From: Eledone cirrhosa
Lineage: Eukaryota
Direction: 5' to 3'
Assembly (NCBI GenBank): GCA_964016885.1
Contig: OZ024742.1
Span: forward strand, 240,560,001-240,624,000
Length of the DNA: 64,000 nucleotides
Shown here: in pieces, positions 37,019 through 53,040 of the stretch
Position numbering within the stretch: position 1 is the stretch's first letter
Layout: every line of letters begins with the position of its first letter
Program-made: the position numbers and the translations under genes
Notes under the pieces: generated by a model
Database searches by the model: none
Told to the model about the DNA's origin: nothing
Seen by the model: the letters and a program-made list of their open reading frames with translations, nothing else

Positions 37019-38184
37019 GATAAATCTACCAAAATATACGGTATTGTCCAATCCGTATGAAGAACTCGATGTAATCCAAATATCAAGAAAAGAGAAGATG
37101 TATTCAACATTTTTTTCGATGAAAAACACAGGAAAACAGAGTCAAGATAAATTAATAAAAATAATGAATAAAAACAAAGAAACAGTTCCTTATATTAAAA
37201 AATTCATCATTTTACGATTGTTTCTAGGATATATATGTGTGTGTTGGTATGTATATCATATAGATTTATGTAAAAGTTTTACAAACTATTAGAGGGAATA
37301 TACATACCTACTCATATATATATGCTGTCTTCAGAAATAATTGTTTCTATTTTAGGCACAAGGCCAGCAATTACCAGTACATTACTGGTACTTTATTTTA
37401 TCGACCCCGTAAGGATGAAAGGCAAAGTTAACCTCGACAGGATTTGCTTCAGAAATAATGATATTTGTTTATTGAAAAAAACCAACAAAGATTTAATATA
37501 ATAGGTCTGTTTGGGAACAGGTTTTGAATTGACCAATAGAAAGGTAGTAAGTGTTCAAGTTAATAGAATAGTAGTAGTAGAAATTTAATTTAGGGGTAGA
37601 AGAATGCAGACTTCAGTTTTGAATGGAAAGAATATTTTGAATGAAAAGATTACTTTGGGGATGAAAATGGGTCAAGCCGGTGAAAGGTACACGAAAAATT
37701 GATGTTATTAAAGAATAATGCTAATGTTAAAATCTAAGAATAAAATTTTACGATAAATGTGTTAGTGAAAAATATCAATCTTATTTAAAACATAAAGAAT
37801 TTAGATCTATAAAAAGAAATTAAATTAATTTAATTGATAGGTATATTTATAGGGATACATTTATATTAATTCATATAGATATGATAAATAAGAGTTAGAT
37901 GTTATTAAAGAATGTTGTTAAAAACGAATGAAAAAAAAAAATTTTTTTTGGCGGGAGATAAATGTATTAGTGAGAAATAACAAACTTATATAGATTACAA
38001 GGAATATAGATTCATAACAGGAAATTAAAATAGTTTATATGTATACTTATTGGTATAAATTTTAGGAAAAGATAGCTGTAAAAGGGAAATAAAATTATGC
38101 AGTTCTTAGTAGTAGAATATTAATTATAGGTTAACTAATTTTAAAAAAATTTAATTATAATAATTTGTAAAATATAAGTGTATA

Positions 38185-38605
38185 TTAATTAGGATTATAA
38201 TATTTGAAAGTTTTTCTAATTCTATAATTGCATGATATAATTAATTCTTGTCGCTTATTTAATAGGATATCCTTAGATTTCATTATTTCAAAGAGTTCCT
38301 GGGAACATAGTCTACATTCATATCTATTATTTTGATAAGGGGGTGAGCACACTCCAGGTCAGGTTATAATCGATATTCTTTTTTCTATAATTATTAATTA
38401 TTTCAGCTAAGGATGTTGTATTAGCTAATGCGGCATTTTTAAAACTGTGTTTGTGGGTATTAAATCTTACTTTAAATTGGTTAGAAGTAGCTCCTATATA
38501 TGAATAAGTTGAGTCCTTAGTGCTAATTTTACATTTATATACTATGTTATTAATAAGGCAATTTCCTTTTAATGGGCAATTTGCTTTGTTTCTACAGTTA
38601 CAACC
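38185..38605 (-). mobile_element. Penelope-like (Naiad-type) GIY-YIG endonuclease fragment, absent from the ORF track
   Basis: Minus: GCNCRNKANCPLKGNCLINNIVYKCKISTKDSTYSYIGATSNQFKVRFNTHKHSF...LTWSVL..ECRLCSQELFEI..LLNKRQELIISC; AT-rich 3' tail to ~37460; (CAA/CAG)-rich linker 38605-38830. Confidence 0.88.
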
Positions 38606-38829
38606 TTGTTGTTGTTGATGTTGCTGTTGTTGTTGTTGTTACTGTTACTATTGTTGTTGTTACTGTTGTTGTTACTGTTGTAACTGTAACTATTGTTGCT
38701 GCTGTTGTTGTTGTTACTATAACTATTGTTGCTGTTGCTGCTGTTGCTATTGCTGCTATTGTTGCTACTGTAACTATTGTTGCTGCTGCTGTTGTTGTTA
38801 CTGTTACACTTGTTTTGCTGCTGCTGTTT

Positions 38830-39509
38830 TAATAATTGTTTCTACTTTTGGCACAAGGCCAGAAATTACCCAATACATTACTGGTACTTTATTTTATCGA
38901 CCCCGTAAGGATGAAAGGCAAAGTTAACGTCGGCGGGATTTGAACTCAGAACGTAAATGGCCATAACTCTATGCTGCAAAGCATGCCGTCCGACCCATGC
39001 CGATACTGGATAATAATAAGGATTTCTATTATAGGCACAAGTCCAGCAATTTGGAGAGAGGGTAAAGTCGATTAAATCGATCCCAGTGCATTACTGGTGC
39101 TTTATTTTATCGATCCCGTAAGAATGAAAGGCAAAGCTAACCTCAGTGGGATTTAAACTCAGAGCGTAAAGGACCATCACTCTGTGCTGCAAAGCATGGT
39201 GTTCGATGTTCTATCGATTCTGCCAATCCACCGCCCGAATAATAATAATAATTGTTTCTACTTTTGGCACAAGGCCAGCAATTATCCCAGTGTATTACTG
39301 GTACTTTATTTTATCGACCCCATAAGGATGAAAGGCAAAGTTAACCTCGGCGGGATTTAAAATCAGACCGTAAAGGGACGTAACTCTATGTGGCAAAGCA
39401 TGTCGTCCGACCCTCTACCGATACTGCCAATAATAATTGTTTCTACGTTAGGCACAAGGCCAGCAATTATGCCAGTGCATTACTGGTACTTTATTTTATC
39501 GACCCCGTA
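38830..39509 (-). mobile_element. Array of four consecutive family-1 SINEs
   Basis: Units begin at ~38830, 39010, 39240 and 39430, each with (AAT)n tail, ggcacaaggccagcaatt and tactttattttatcgacccc. Confidence 0.9.
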
Positions 39510-40900
39510 GTTTAAACGGTAGACGGAAAAAATAACAAGAAACGTTGGACCGTAACGAAATGTGTTCGGGTATTTAATGCGTTATTCAATGTGATAAATA
39601 CATTAGAGATCGTTTCAAGTTTGCAGTAGATGGTGTCAATAACAATGAAAAGTCTCTCTATATTGAAGTAAAATTAATCAGAAGATACATTGTATTGGAT
39701 GACTGACATAAACCGTGTCAGGGCCTGCAATCTGGTGTTGGGAAGGGCATTATCTGTAGAAATTATGCTAAACAAGGGGTTGGGAGGACTAATAAATAAA
39801 TGAATAAATATAATACAAAATAAATAAGCCATAAAGATTGGTTATATATAAATCAGAAACTTGTATAATCATGTATTGTAGTATCTAATACTACAATATA
39901 TTTTCATTTCTTATACAAATGTCAGATTTTGTCGCAAAAGTCCAACCAACCCCCTGCGTAGTCTCACTGAATCTATGGTTTCGATATCGACTACTATAGA
40001 GATTCCTGATTTAAGCCAAATAATTTTTATCATAGAATTTAACCGCGAATTAGTTAAAAATTCAAGGTCGATAACTCCGACTAACACAATTTTTAGCCAT
40101 CAATGGTTAACTTCTCATGATTAACATTGCCAATATTTTTAAATTAATTTTTACAATAATCAAATATTTAGAGGGATTTAGTAATATAACCAACCCTCTC
40201 CATACAGGTGTTTTGAACATCACTAAACAAAGGTTCTTACATAAAATTATGATGCAAATGTTTTAAAATAAATATAAACAAGTTTATAATATAGAACTAG
40301 GGACTGATTTGGTATCGAAACAGCTAAACTATTTGATAAGATTATTACCACCATCCTTATCACATGCAGTTCCCTACATTATGAACTAGATTTGTCTGAA
40401 TTATAGAATATATTTTGTTATTTATATTGTGTCTCCGCCTCATTGTTTCTTAATTTCTATTTTTTGAATATGAATTAACAATCAATTTTGTGAGACTTCT
40501 TTTACCTACATTTCCTTATATTTTCATATAGAAGTAATAGTTATTACGTTAATGTACTGATAGAAAAATGTCCCCCACTCCACAAAAAAATTAACTATAT
40601 TTTACCCAAATCAGTTGATAACTATTGCCGCAGTTATGTCCCTTGAAAGTGCAAATTTGTTTTTTAAGTCTTCTATTGAACATATTCTTCTATCAATAAC
40701 GATTTCTTTATTAGCCACGGGTGCTAAACTTAAGCTGTTGGGTGGTAGACTTAATAATCCATTAGGTGGTAGACTTAATTCATTACCTGGTCCAATACCA
40801 TTACCTGGTTGTTGAGTGCTTTTAGCAAAGTCCAGCCTATTACAAGCATTTGGGCGAAGTCTCTGGTTTGAGGGTGCCTTCCTCTCTTGCCCTCTCTTAC

Positions 40901-40965
40901 CCTCTAACCTTCGCACATTTCTTGGAGATCCTTAAAATGGCCATGCCCACCTCATACCAACGAAA
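40901..40965 (-). CDS. Candidate exon of an unrecognised small spliced gene
   Basis: Minus strand ttttgttttacag| ... GG|gtaaga; 65 nt; only one frame is open (FRWYEVGMAILRISKKCAKVR-G). No homology recognised. Confidence 0.4.
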
Positions 40966-41579
40966 CTGTAAAACAAAAATATAAAAAATTTAAAATGCTT
41001 TGTGAAATGTTACCGTAAATTGGATTTCCTATAGTATATTTCTGGTAATTGTGTCATCGCTGATGTAAGAATGAAAGGTAAAGTTGGTGTGCTGCATATC
41101 TTGTGATTGTCCCGTTTCCCTGTGATCATTATCGTAACATGTGGATTGGCAGTATCGGTAGAGGGTCAGACGTCATGCTTTGCAGCATAGAGTTAGGGCC
41201 CTTTATGATCTGAGTTCAAATTCCGCTGAGGTTAACGTTGCGTTTCATCCTTACGGGGTCAATAAAATAAAGTACCAGTGATGCACTAGGGTCGGTTTAA
41301 TCGACTCCCCCCACCCTCTAAATTGCTGGCCTTGTGCCTATATAAGAAAACAATTATCGTAACATTCATGTTCAGGATAATATGTTAATGTTGTCTCTGA
41401 AAAACAAGCATTAATTTTTACATGCGATTCCTGGAAATATCGAAGTTTTTCATAAAAATTAGTGGGATGACTTTTACATGAGTAGCTTATAAAATCAATT
41501 TATTAGCATAATATTGGAAGAAATGTTTAGCCTATTTGTGACTTTATTTTTAGAAAGAATATACTGCCTTTGTGTTTTC

Positions 41580-42295
41580 ATCATCACCATCATCATCGTT
41601 TACCGTCCATTTTCCACGCTGGCATGGGTAGGAAGTACTGTCCCGTTGTGAGACATCCAGGTCAGATGGCCGTGTTTTGTTCACCTCAGAATTGATTTGG
41701 GCTTGGTTTCTACGGCTGGATGTCCTACCTAACGCCAACCATATTTACAGTGTGTACTGAGTACTTTTAGTCGAGTCACCTACACGTCTACGTTACAGTG
41801 TGGACTGGACGCTTTCTGTCGTGACACCTATACGACCAAATTACAGTGTGGACTGGGCACTTTTTGTTGTGGTTTCAGGACAATCACTTTATACTATGGA
41901 TTAGGGACTTGGGTGGGCGAGATCCATGGGGAATTGGGGAGGTAGATATAGGGGTGGAATGATTATAGCGAGGGAGGTGTAGGGGAGGAGTGATGACAGG
42001 GAAGGTGGTGCATATTAGATGTATGTCTCAGCTCCTGCATATCGGAAGGTGGGTCTTCTGTATTATTGCATAGTGCCAGAGATCACCGTCCTGTGCCATT
42101 GTCTCTGAGAGGTGTTATAGTGCAAGGTCAGCTTTTATCACCCCATCCCAAGTCTTCCTACACCCACTCCATGGTTTCCGTCAACTTTGAGCGCTCTGCA
42201 TTTTTTTTATACAGCTGTCATCCTTCATATGCACCACATATCCATACCAACGCAATCTCCTCCCCTGCACACTGCATCTGATCCCTCTGAATAGC
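41580..42295 (-). mobile_element. RTE LINE 3' end with long tail
   Basis: Homologous to 12115-12835 and 26517-27118. Confidence 0.8.
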
Positions 42296-42463
42296 ATGGG
42301 TTGGGTTCTCAATATGTAAACTAAACGACAAATTCTGTTTTTTTTTTAAACAAATCAACGATTTTCCACCCCATTATTTGGGTACCTGGTGTAGAGAGTC
42401 TGTCTGCATAGTGATGAATTTCTTCTACTACCATTACCACCACCACCACCACCACCGCTGCTG

Positions 42464-42519
<56 letters not shown>

Positions 42520-43099
42520 GGCACAAGGCCAGCAAATAACCAGTACATTACTGGTACTTTATTTTATCGACCCCGTAAGGATGAAAGGCAAAGTTCACCT
42601 CGGCGGGATTTGAACTCTGTTAATAATGATGATGGTGATTACATAAGTTATTTAGAGAAACTGCAGGAATATATTCTCTGTCCAGTCAACCGTATTTTTC
42701 CATAAAAATCTGTTAAATACGATTGGCACAAACCATTATTATTTCAACGTAATTTAACGGTTTTGAGGCGGACCAAATATTTTAATGGCTTGCATTCGTT
42801 GAAGGCAGCGAGGTGTTTCTTCACGAGGTGTTTGCGCGGAATATCCACGTCGACGGCGAGCCTTCTACCCTGAGAGGGTCCTGCCCATTATAAGGAGTTT
42901 AGTTGTCTCGAATCGTGTTTGTCAGAGCTGTCAGTTCGCTTTACGGTTTCGTTCGATTGGCATATTTTAAAGCTGCTCTTCTTCTCCTTGAAAGATATTT
43001 TAACATTTGTGTCCGCCTGTCAGCGTTGTTGGTTTTTACGGCTTCTATTCGTTGGTAACCGGCATTCGAGACAAAGCAGCCCGCTTCGCCGCCAACTTC

Positions 43100-43465
43100 T
43101 TTTCCCGAAAGATGGCTTTCAAAGGGTCACCGCCAGCCCGGCTGTTCGTTCGTTGACTTTTTGGTCGGGGTTACCGAGTAAGCCCCTTTCCTCGAAAGAT
43201 GGTTTCCAACGTAATCTCTCTATCGGCGCCGCCCGCCGAGGTTGTGTTTAAAGGGTCGTATTTGTTGTAGCGTTCGTTCGTCAGTAGTTGAACACAGGTC
43301 ACCGCTGGCTCTACCGTTCGTTCATTGAATTGTTGGTTGGGGTGGCCGAGCGAGCCCCTTTTATCGAAAGATGGCTTCCAGCGCAATCTCTCGTATCGGT
43401 GCTGCCCGCCGAGCTTGTGTTTAAAGAACGTTCGATCGTTGGAAGCGGTTCACTGCCGGCTCTGC
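43100..43465. repeat. CpG-rich imperfect tandem repeat (~173-bp period)
   Basis: ggtcaccgc..gttcgttc..ccgag..agcccctt..tcgaaagatgg.ttcca.cg.aatctctc..atcgg..cccgccgag.ttgtgtttaaag at ~43124 and ~43297, partial third at ~43447. Confidence 0.8.
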
Positions 43466-44085
43466 AATTTCTAAAATTTCCCAATCGAGTGTCCCCCGTA
43501 GATATTTTTTAAAAGGGTTACTTTCAAAGTAGCTTTCGTTCATAACCTTACATTTCATTACGCGTTGCTGCCCTGGTAAAAGGGATTTTTCGATAAAGTT
43601 TCACTTCCACACAGTTTTAATATTTTGTGTATCTAAAAGAAACTAATTAGACTGAACTTCTCCGTTTGAATGGTCGCCGACGTACTTTTCGTTAAAGAAA
43701 AAAAAAAAAAAATTGTTGAACTCGCCAAAAAATAATATTTCTATGATATGAGACATCAGGTATCTATGATCCAGCACGGACAGATATTGAATGTTGGTTG
43801 CAAACGAAAAGAAGTGACAATCGGCGAAATTGTTTTGGAAAAACTTTGGGAAAAGACCCTACCGGCAGCGAAGTGTAGGGGACTTGAACTGTATTGAATA
43901 TAATTTGAAAAATGAAACGCTACCATGAATGCGATTTGTGTGAAGTGCAAGCGCCGATGTATGAGATTGCGTTAGAATATCTTTCGGGAATATGAGTACC
44001 GCGTCGGATGTCGGTTAGGAAAATAAGCTACTACGATTAGAACCCTTGAAATATAATCTAGTTAGACAAATAGATAAGTTGCATG

Positions 44086-44225
44086 TATAATCACAAAATC
44101 AAAATGCCTTTTTAATGCTAGTGATAGCAGCGAATTGCGGAAGGACGGCGTGTGAGTGTGTGCCAGCTATACGCATTTCGCTGCTACTTTTAGCAATTAA
44201 AAGGCATTTTGATCTTGTGATTATA
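44086..44225. mobile_element. ~140-bp hairpin MITE with TA ends
   Basis: tataatcacaa.atcaaaatgcctttt..tagcagcgaa.tgcg / cgcatttcgctgcta..aaaaggcattttgatcttgtgattata. Confidence 0.65.
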
Positions 44226-44226
44226 T

Positions 44227-44311
<85 letters not shown>

Positions 44312-44402
44312 CACACACACACACACACACGAATATATATATATATACATGCAATCACACACACATACGAATACTTATCTATCTACTGCTATCTACACAC
44401 AT

Positions 44403-44439
<37 letters not shown>

Positions 44440-44523
44440 GAATTATATATATATATATATATATATATATTTAGAATTAGCCGTCGAAACGGCTTGAGCT
44501 CAGCTGTCGGGGTCTTACTGGTT

Positions 44524-44565
<42 letters not shown>

Positions 44566-44594
44566 AATGTATGTCCATAGAATCATTTGATAAA

Positions 44595-46664
<2,070 letters not shown>

Positions 46665-47837
46665 AAATACAGCAAAATTCTGAACTCTAAAACTATTAGA
46701 CTATCATACTCCACGGTACCAAACCTTGAAGCATACATAAAAAACTTAACTTAAGGCAATTAAACAACTCTACAAAACAAAACATTTTAGTAACAGATGG
46801 GCAGAACGTAATATCTGTCTCCCAACCACTAAATGGGAGACGGGTATTACACAATCTACCTGTACCGCTATCACAACCTATCCATGGTATACCCGCTACC
46901 CACAACAAAGAATGTAACTGCCATCTACCTGAAAGATGTCCATTGAAGAATGAATGCCTAAAGTCCAACATTGTTTACCAATGCACGGTTGAATCGAACG
47001 ACCAGAAATGGTATTATATCGGATCTACCACCACCTCGTTTAAATCTCGCTGGTACCGTCATCGATTCTCAATCAAACATCCTAATCACCGTTTTGTGAC
47101 CACGCTCGCCAACAAGACCCGGCAACTCCGTGAACGCAACCAACAGTTCACCTTAAAATGGGATATACTTTCCAGCGCAAGTGCATATCGGAGTGGATTG
47201 AAGTACTGCAGGTTATGTAACCTTGAACTTTTTTACATATTAAAATCCCAAAACAAACTACTTAACGATAGAATTGAACGATCATTATACTGCAATCACA
47301 AACTAAAATCTAAATTCTCTCACTATAAAATAACTTAACATTCGAACCCGTAACTATAACATCGCTTTCTAGCTAACCACCTTCTCTTTCCCCACACTAC
47401 AAGACAATACACTGCTTATCACTATAAATGGTAACTCAGTGCAATTCACAGATTACTACTACAAACCCAAAGTTCACTCACCGCATAAACTTCGTCTGTC
47501 CCCTCTCTACCTCTCTCTCTACATCCATTACACTCTCTCTCTCTCGCCTTTGGCCTACCTCCCTCTCCACATCTATGAACCTGCCCTCTGGGGCAATAAA
47601 TAATTCCGACCTTAACTATCAACGCATCTTCCCCAACAACCCCACTTAAGGGTATTTACATTGTACATTTTACCATTCTGTTCTGAGGATACAGTGGTCA
47701 CAGCATTGGATATTTGAGTTCTGCAAATACTTGTAAATTTGCACATAGCATAACTAGGCTGTAGTACCACCGTGGAAACATTTGTAAGCACACGGAATAA
47801 ATTACCTTTTTATGATGTCTACCTGTTATTATTCATT

Positions 47838-47845
<8 letters not shown>
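46665..47845 (+). mobile_element. Inverted partial copy (pLTR) of the same Penelope-like element
   Basis: Near-identical reverse complement of ~44850-46185; GIY-YIG ORF 46943-47338 differs by one residue; ends in (TA)n. Confidence 0.92.
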
Positions 47846-47879
<34 letters not shown>

Positions 47880-48025
47880 CCAAAGATTAGTATGGTTCGT
47901 TGATTACTCAACGAATACAATTTTACAAAAGATTAGAAGCACGAAACACCATAGTATCTTTGAAATATGTGTAATAAAGTATATATTTTGATTATGTGAA
48001 TATTGTTCATTTTGTTAACATTTTG

Positions 48026-48139
<114 letters not shown>

Positions 48140-48140
48140 A

Positions 48141-48480
48141 TATATAGTAATAATAATAAATTTGAAGACTAAAATCCAAAGAGGGCTCGATAAGGATAAA
48201 TACATATCAAATATATAAGAACCGTAGAGCAAATATTTATTAAAATAACAGATTAAAGTTTAAGCAAAGAATCGGTGCTTTCACCCTTAACGGGATCTCC
48301 TGAAACTCAGTCTCAGAAGATCCCGTTAAGGGTGAAAGCAGCGATTCTTTGCTTAAACTTTAATCTGTTATTTTAATAAATATTTGCTCTACGGTTCTTA
48401 TATATTTGATACATATTTAACCTTATCGAGCCCTCTTTGGATTTTAGTCTTCAAATTTATTATTATTACTATATATATAT
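48141..48480. repeat. Near-perfect ~340-bp palindrome between microsatellites
   Basis: Arms meet at ~48300-48315; a central piece also occurs singly at 28117-28182. Confidence 0.9.
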
Positions 48481-48514
48481 ACACACACACACACACATAC
48501 ACACACATATATAT

Positions 48515-48698
48515 ATACAATATGTTGAAAAGGTAACACACCAGAGAGAGATATAGAGTGCACCATCAATAAAACAGGGAAAAAAACCCACCAGTGTATG
48601 GAATCTATAAATTCCATACACTGGTGGTTTTTTCCCTGTTTTATTGATAGCGCACTGTATATCTCTCTCTGGTGTGTTACCTTTTCAACATATTGTAT
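48515..48698. repeat. Near-perfect ~185-bp palindrome
   Basis: caatatgttgaaaaggtaacacaccagagagag..ccagtgtatggaat / attccatacactgg..ctctctctggtgtgttaccttttcaacatattg. Confidence 0.9.
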
Positions 48699-48788
48699 TT
48701 TAAAGAGCTCAGGATTCGTTCTCCTTTGAGCACATTATTTACAGGGAATGGCGAGGCTCTATGGCTCCGTTAATTTATCGTGATATAT

Positions 48789-48830
<42 letters not shown>

Positions 48831-49188
48831 ATATATAATATATATATATTGTTATACTTTGGGAGGGTCATGTTGCCAATAAGAAACACATGCACCAGTT
48901 ATATATATATAAATGCATACGAAGCCATAATTATTTAGATGTGTGTATAATATTATCATCATAAAATAATGATTTTGATTGCAAACATTTAACAAAATTG
49001 GAAAATGTAATGAAGATAAATATTTTTTCAAGGGAGGCTACTTATCTTTTTTTATATTCTTCTAATTATCTCCCTTGGTGTGTGTGTGTATGTGTGTATA
49101 CAACGCTGAGTCTCGAAATTTACCCGTATCTCTTGATACTGTTGATGGACAAGAAAAATTCACCACACTTTTTACAGTTGCCAACTAA

Positions 49189-49906
<718 letters not shown>

Positions 49907-49929
49907 TTGTTATACTTGGGGAGGGTCAT

Positions 49930-50635
49930 ATTTGTGTAATATTGCCAGAATTAATAACAGAACACACTCACTGTTTGGTTGGTTTTTGCTTCTCGCTTCT
50001 GTGTCTTTTATATCGGTAATCTAACTTACTCGGTCCTCAATGTTGCCATTGACTGACCAACGGTCAAAAATAATACAGATACCATATAGACACAAACACA
50101 TATATATAGTTTATCAATGTTCTTTCGTTGCACATCTGCAACATCGTCAGTGGTGCTATTGTTTCCTCCCGTTGCATTGTATTTTCTACGCCATCTTTAT
50201 TTAGTCTGTTTATATATTTATTTATTAGTTTATTTTATTTTGTCTTCTTTGCGCATGCGTTTGCGTGTGTGTATAGTGTTTTGTTTGATGTGTGTTCGTG
50301 ATTGGGTGACTGTGTATTGGTTAATGTATTCTATCTTTACTAGTGTGTGTTTATATGTGTTTGTTGTTATTGTGCTTGTGTATGTATTTATTTATTTAAT
50401 TATCTATTTATTTATTTATACTTCTCTTAGGTCAGTGTTGTTTGTTTGGGTGTTGTTGTTATTCCATTCATTCTTTCTGTTTAGCCTTGGCCTTCTAAGT
50501 TCTATTTCACTGGCCTCTCTGATTTGCCTATCTGCTGGGTCATTTCTATGTTTAGATATTATTCTAATTTCTATGTTGTCTATGTTACCGTCGTGTTGTT
50601 GTCTTGCATGTTCGTATAGTACTGAACTGTTTTCT
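49930..50635 (-). mobile_element. Penelope-like element of a different clade: GIY-YIG C-terminus plus 3' tail
   Basis: ENSSVLYEHARQQHDGNIDNIEIRIISKHRNDPADRQIREASEIELRRPRLNRKNEW fits the S.L..H...H.G..RQI.EA..I...LN.K.EW pattern. Confidence 0.75.
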
Positions 50636-50709
50636 TTTTTTTTCTTTTTTTTTCTCATATATATATATATATTCATATATATATATATATTCATATATAT
50701 ATATATATG

Positions 50710-51808
50710 AATAAATTTAGTCCTTCATCAGTGATCTTCCAAACTTCATTGGTATTTCATCGCTTTAAAGACCATATACCTCCGGTTGGTGCGAGCAACA
50801 GCTAAAGAAAGTCGTTGGGACACGTAAAAAACGGGGAACGAGCGAGACTGTAAACAATCAAAGATGGTAATGCAACGAAAAGTGAGGAAGAAGGAGTCAA
50901 GTCCCAGAAATCGATGAATATAAATTCTGTGAAATCGTGGATGAGAGAGAATAAAGACCATCAAACCTAGTCGAAATGTGAGGAAGGAAATAATTTCGCA
51001 CAGGTCAAACGGGAGGAAGAAGGAGTCAAGTCCCTGAATTCGGTGAACATAAGTTCTGTGAAATCGTAGACGAGAGAGATAAAATAGGAACAACCAACCT
51101 GGTCAAAGTGTGCGTGAGGAAAGAATTTCGCACAGGTCTAACGGGAGGAAGTGGGAGAGGGAGTAGCAGCGAGTGAGTGAGTGAAAGGTAAGGAAGAGAC
51201 TAACAGAGAGAGAGTGACTGTTAGAGGGGGTAAAGGGAAGTGAGAGATACAGAGAAAGAGGAAGCAGTAAGAATGAAAAAGACGGGTCACAGCGGAGGAA
51301 AATATATATGTGTGAATATGAAAACAAGACGTACTGCGTGGTTGCAAATGGGTTACATATGAATACATTTAGTCCTTCATCAGTGATCTTCCAACCTTCA
51401 TTGGTATTTCATCGCTTTAAAGACCATATACCTCCGGTTGGTGCGAGCAACGGCTAAAGAAAGTCGTTGGGACACGCAAATAAGGGGAACGAGCGAGACT
51501 GTAAACAATCAAAGATGGTAATGCAACGAAAAGTGAGGAAGAAGGAGTCAAGTCCCAGAAATCGATGAATATAAGTTCTGTGAAATCGTGGACGAGAGAG
51601 AATAAAGACCATCAAACCTGGTTGAAATGTGAGCAAGGAAAGAATTTCGCACAGGTCAAACGGGAGGGAGAAGGAGTCTAGTCCCTGAATTCGGTGAGCA
51701 TAAGTTCTGTGAAATCGTAGACGAGAGAGAAAAAAAAGGAACAACCAACCTGGTCAAAGTGTGCATGAGGAAAGAATTTCGCACAGGTCAAACGGGAGGA
51801 AGTGGGAT

Positions 51809-51810
<2 letters not shown>
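50710..51810 (-). repeat. Two tandem units (~652-bp period) with internal ~125-bp subrepeats, flanked by (TA)n; partial copy at 35472-35672 (+)
   Basis: tttagtccttcatcagtgatcttccaa.. at 50716 and 51368; aaggagtcaagtccc.gaa.tcg subrepeats. Confidence 0.85.
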
Positions 51811-51871
<61 letters not shown>

Positions 51872-52473
51872 AAAGTATGTCCATAGAATTATTTGATAAA
51901 ATATATACATTATTTCCTCTTCCAATCAGCATCATCAACCATACAAAAAAACAATTAAACAAGGCTATAAGATTAAAAGGCACATATGAAGAAATAATAG
52001 ATAAATAAACGACATATATCTATCCGCGATCAACAGCTATAGAATATTTACCCAGAATTTTTAATAGCACGTGGAAATCGATTAAATATATCGTCAACCA
52101 TACACAATTAGGTATAAAATCAAAGTTCGAAGAAAAAAATGTATATAAACATACCAAAATTATGTTTCTACCCCATGAGGTTTCATTCGCTTTTTGGAAA
52201 TATCCGATCAAGGATAAATTCACGAGTTTCGAAATCATCAGGAAACAAACTCACTTGGACGAAGATTTTTCTTAAATGATCCCCGCCAGAAACGAATTCA
52301 AAATGGCTAAGAACTCTGACGTGGCAGTGGTCAAGTCAGAAAGAATGTGATTGGTGCCTTACGGCGAGTGGGCTGGTTGCTAGAAAGCGCAGCCTAATAC
52401 TGCCTAAATTGCATCTCAACCATATGGGAGATTATCAAATATAAAGATTTACATATACATAAACTAGACAAAG

Positions 52474-52553
<80 letters not shown>

Positions 52554-52785
52554 TTTTGGCAACCATTCACGATGTGGCTCAATGACGAATTAATTAATTA
52601 AATAATCAACAATCAGAGCAATATACAATAAAGTATGTCCATAGAATCATTTGATAAAATATATACATTATTTCCTCTCCCAATCAGCATAATCAACCAT
52701 ACAAAAGCCCAATATATATATATATATATATATATAAAATAATTAAGTCAAATATTAAAAATTTGGCCTCGTTTATTAAAGATGT

Positions 52786-52840
52786 ACTGTTATATATATT
52801 TCGGTGACAGCCATGATTGGCTGTGACCTCTTCAGGCAGT
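52786..52840 (-). ncRNA. Type-I hammerhead ribozyme (left arm of palindrome)
   Basis: Minus: actgc CUGAAGA ggtcacagcca-atca-tggctgtcacc GAAA UAUAUA UA/ acagt; one mismatch at the first stem-I pair. Confidence 0.7.
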
Positions 52841-52985
52841 CCGAATTGGTGTGGTAGAGACAGGTACACATGTTGTTGAAGTGTTTTACTCCGTCAATAC
52901 TCCGATAGTATTGACGGAGTATTCCGGAGTATTGACGGAGTAAAACACTTCAACATGTGTACCTGTCTCTACCACACCAATTCGG

Positions 52986-53040
52986 ACTGCCTGAAGAGGT
53001 CACAGCCAATGATGGCTGTCACCGAAATATATATAGCAGT
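52986..53040 (+). ncRNA. Type-I hammerhead ribozyme (right arm of palindrome)
   Basis: actgc CUGAAGA ggtcacagcca-atga-tggctgtcacc GAAA UAUAUA UA/ gcagt; 5-bp stem I, 10 of 11 pairs in stem II, palindromic short stem III. Confidence 0.85.
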
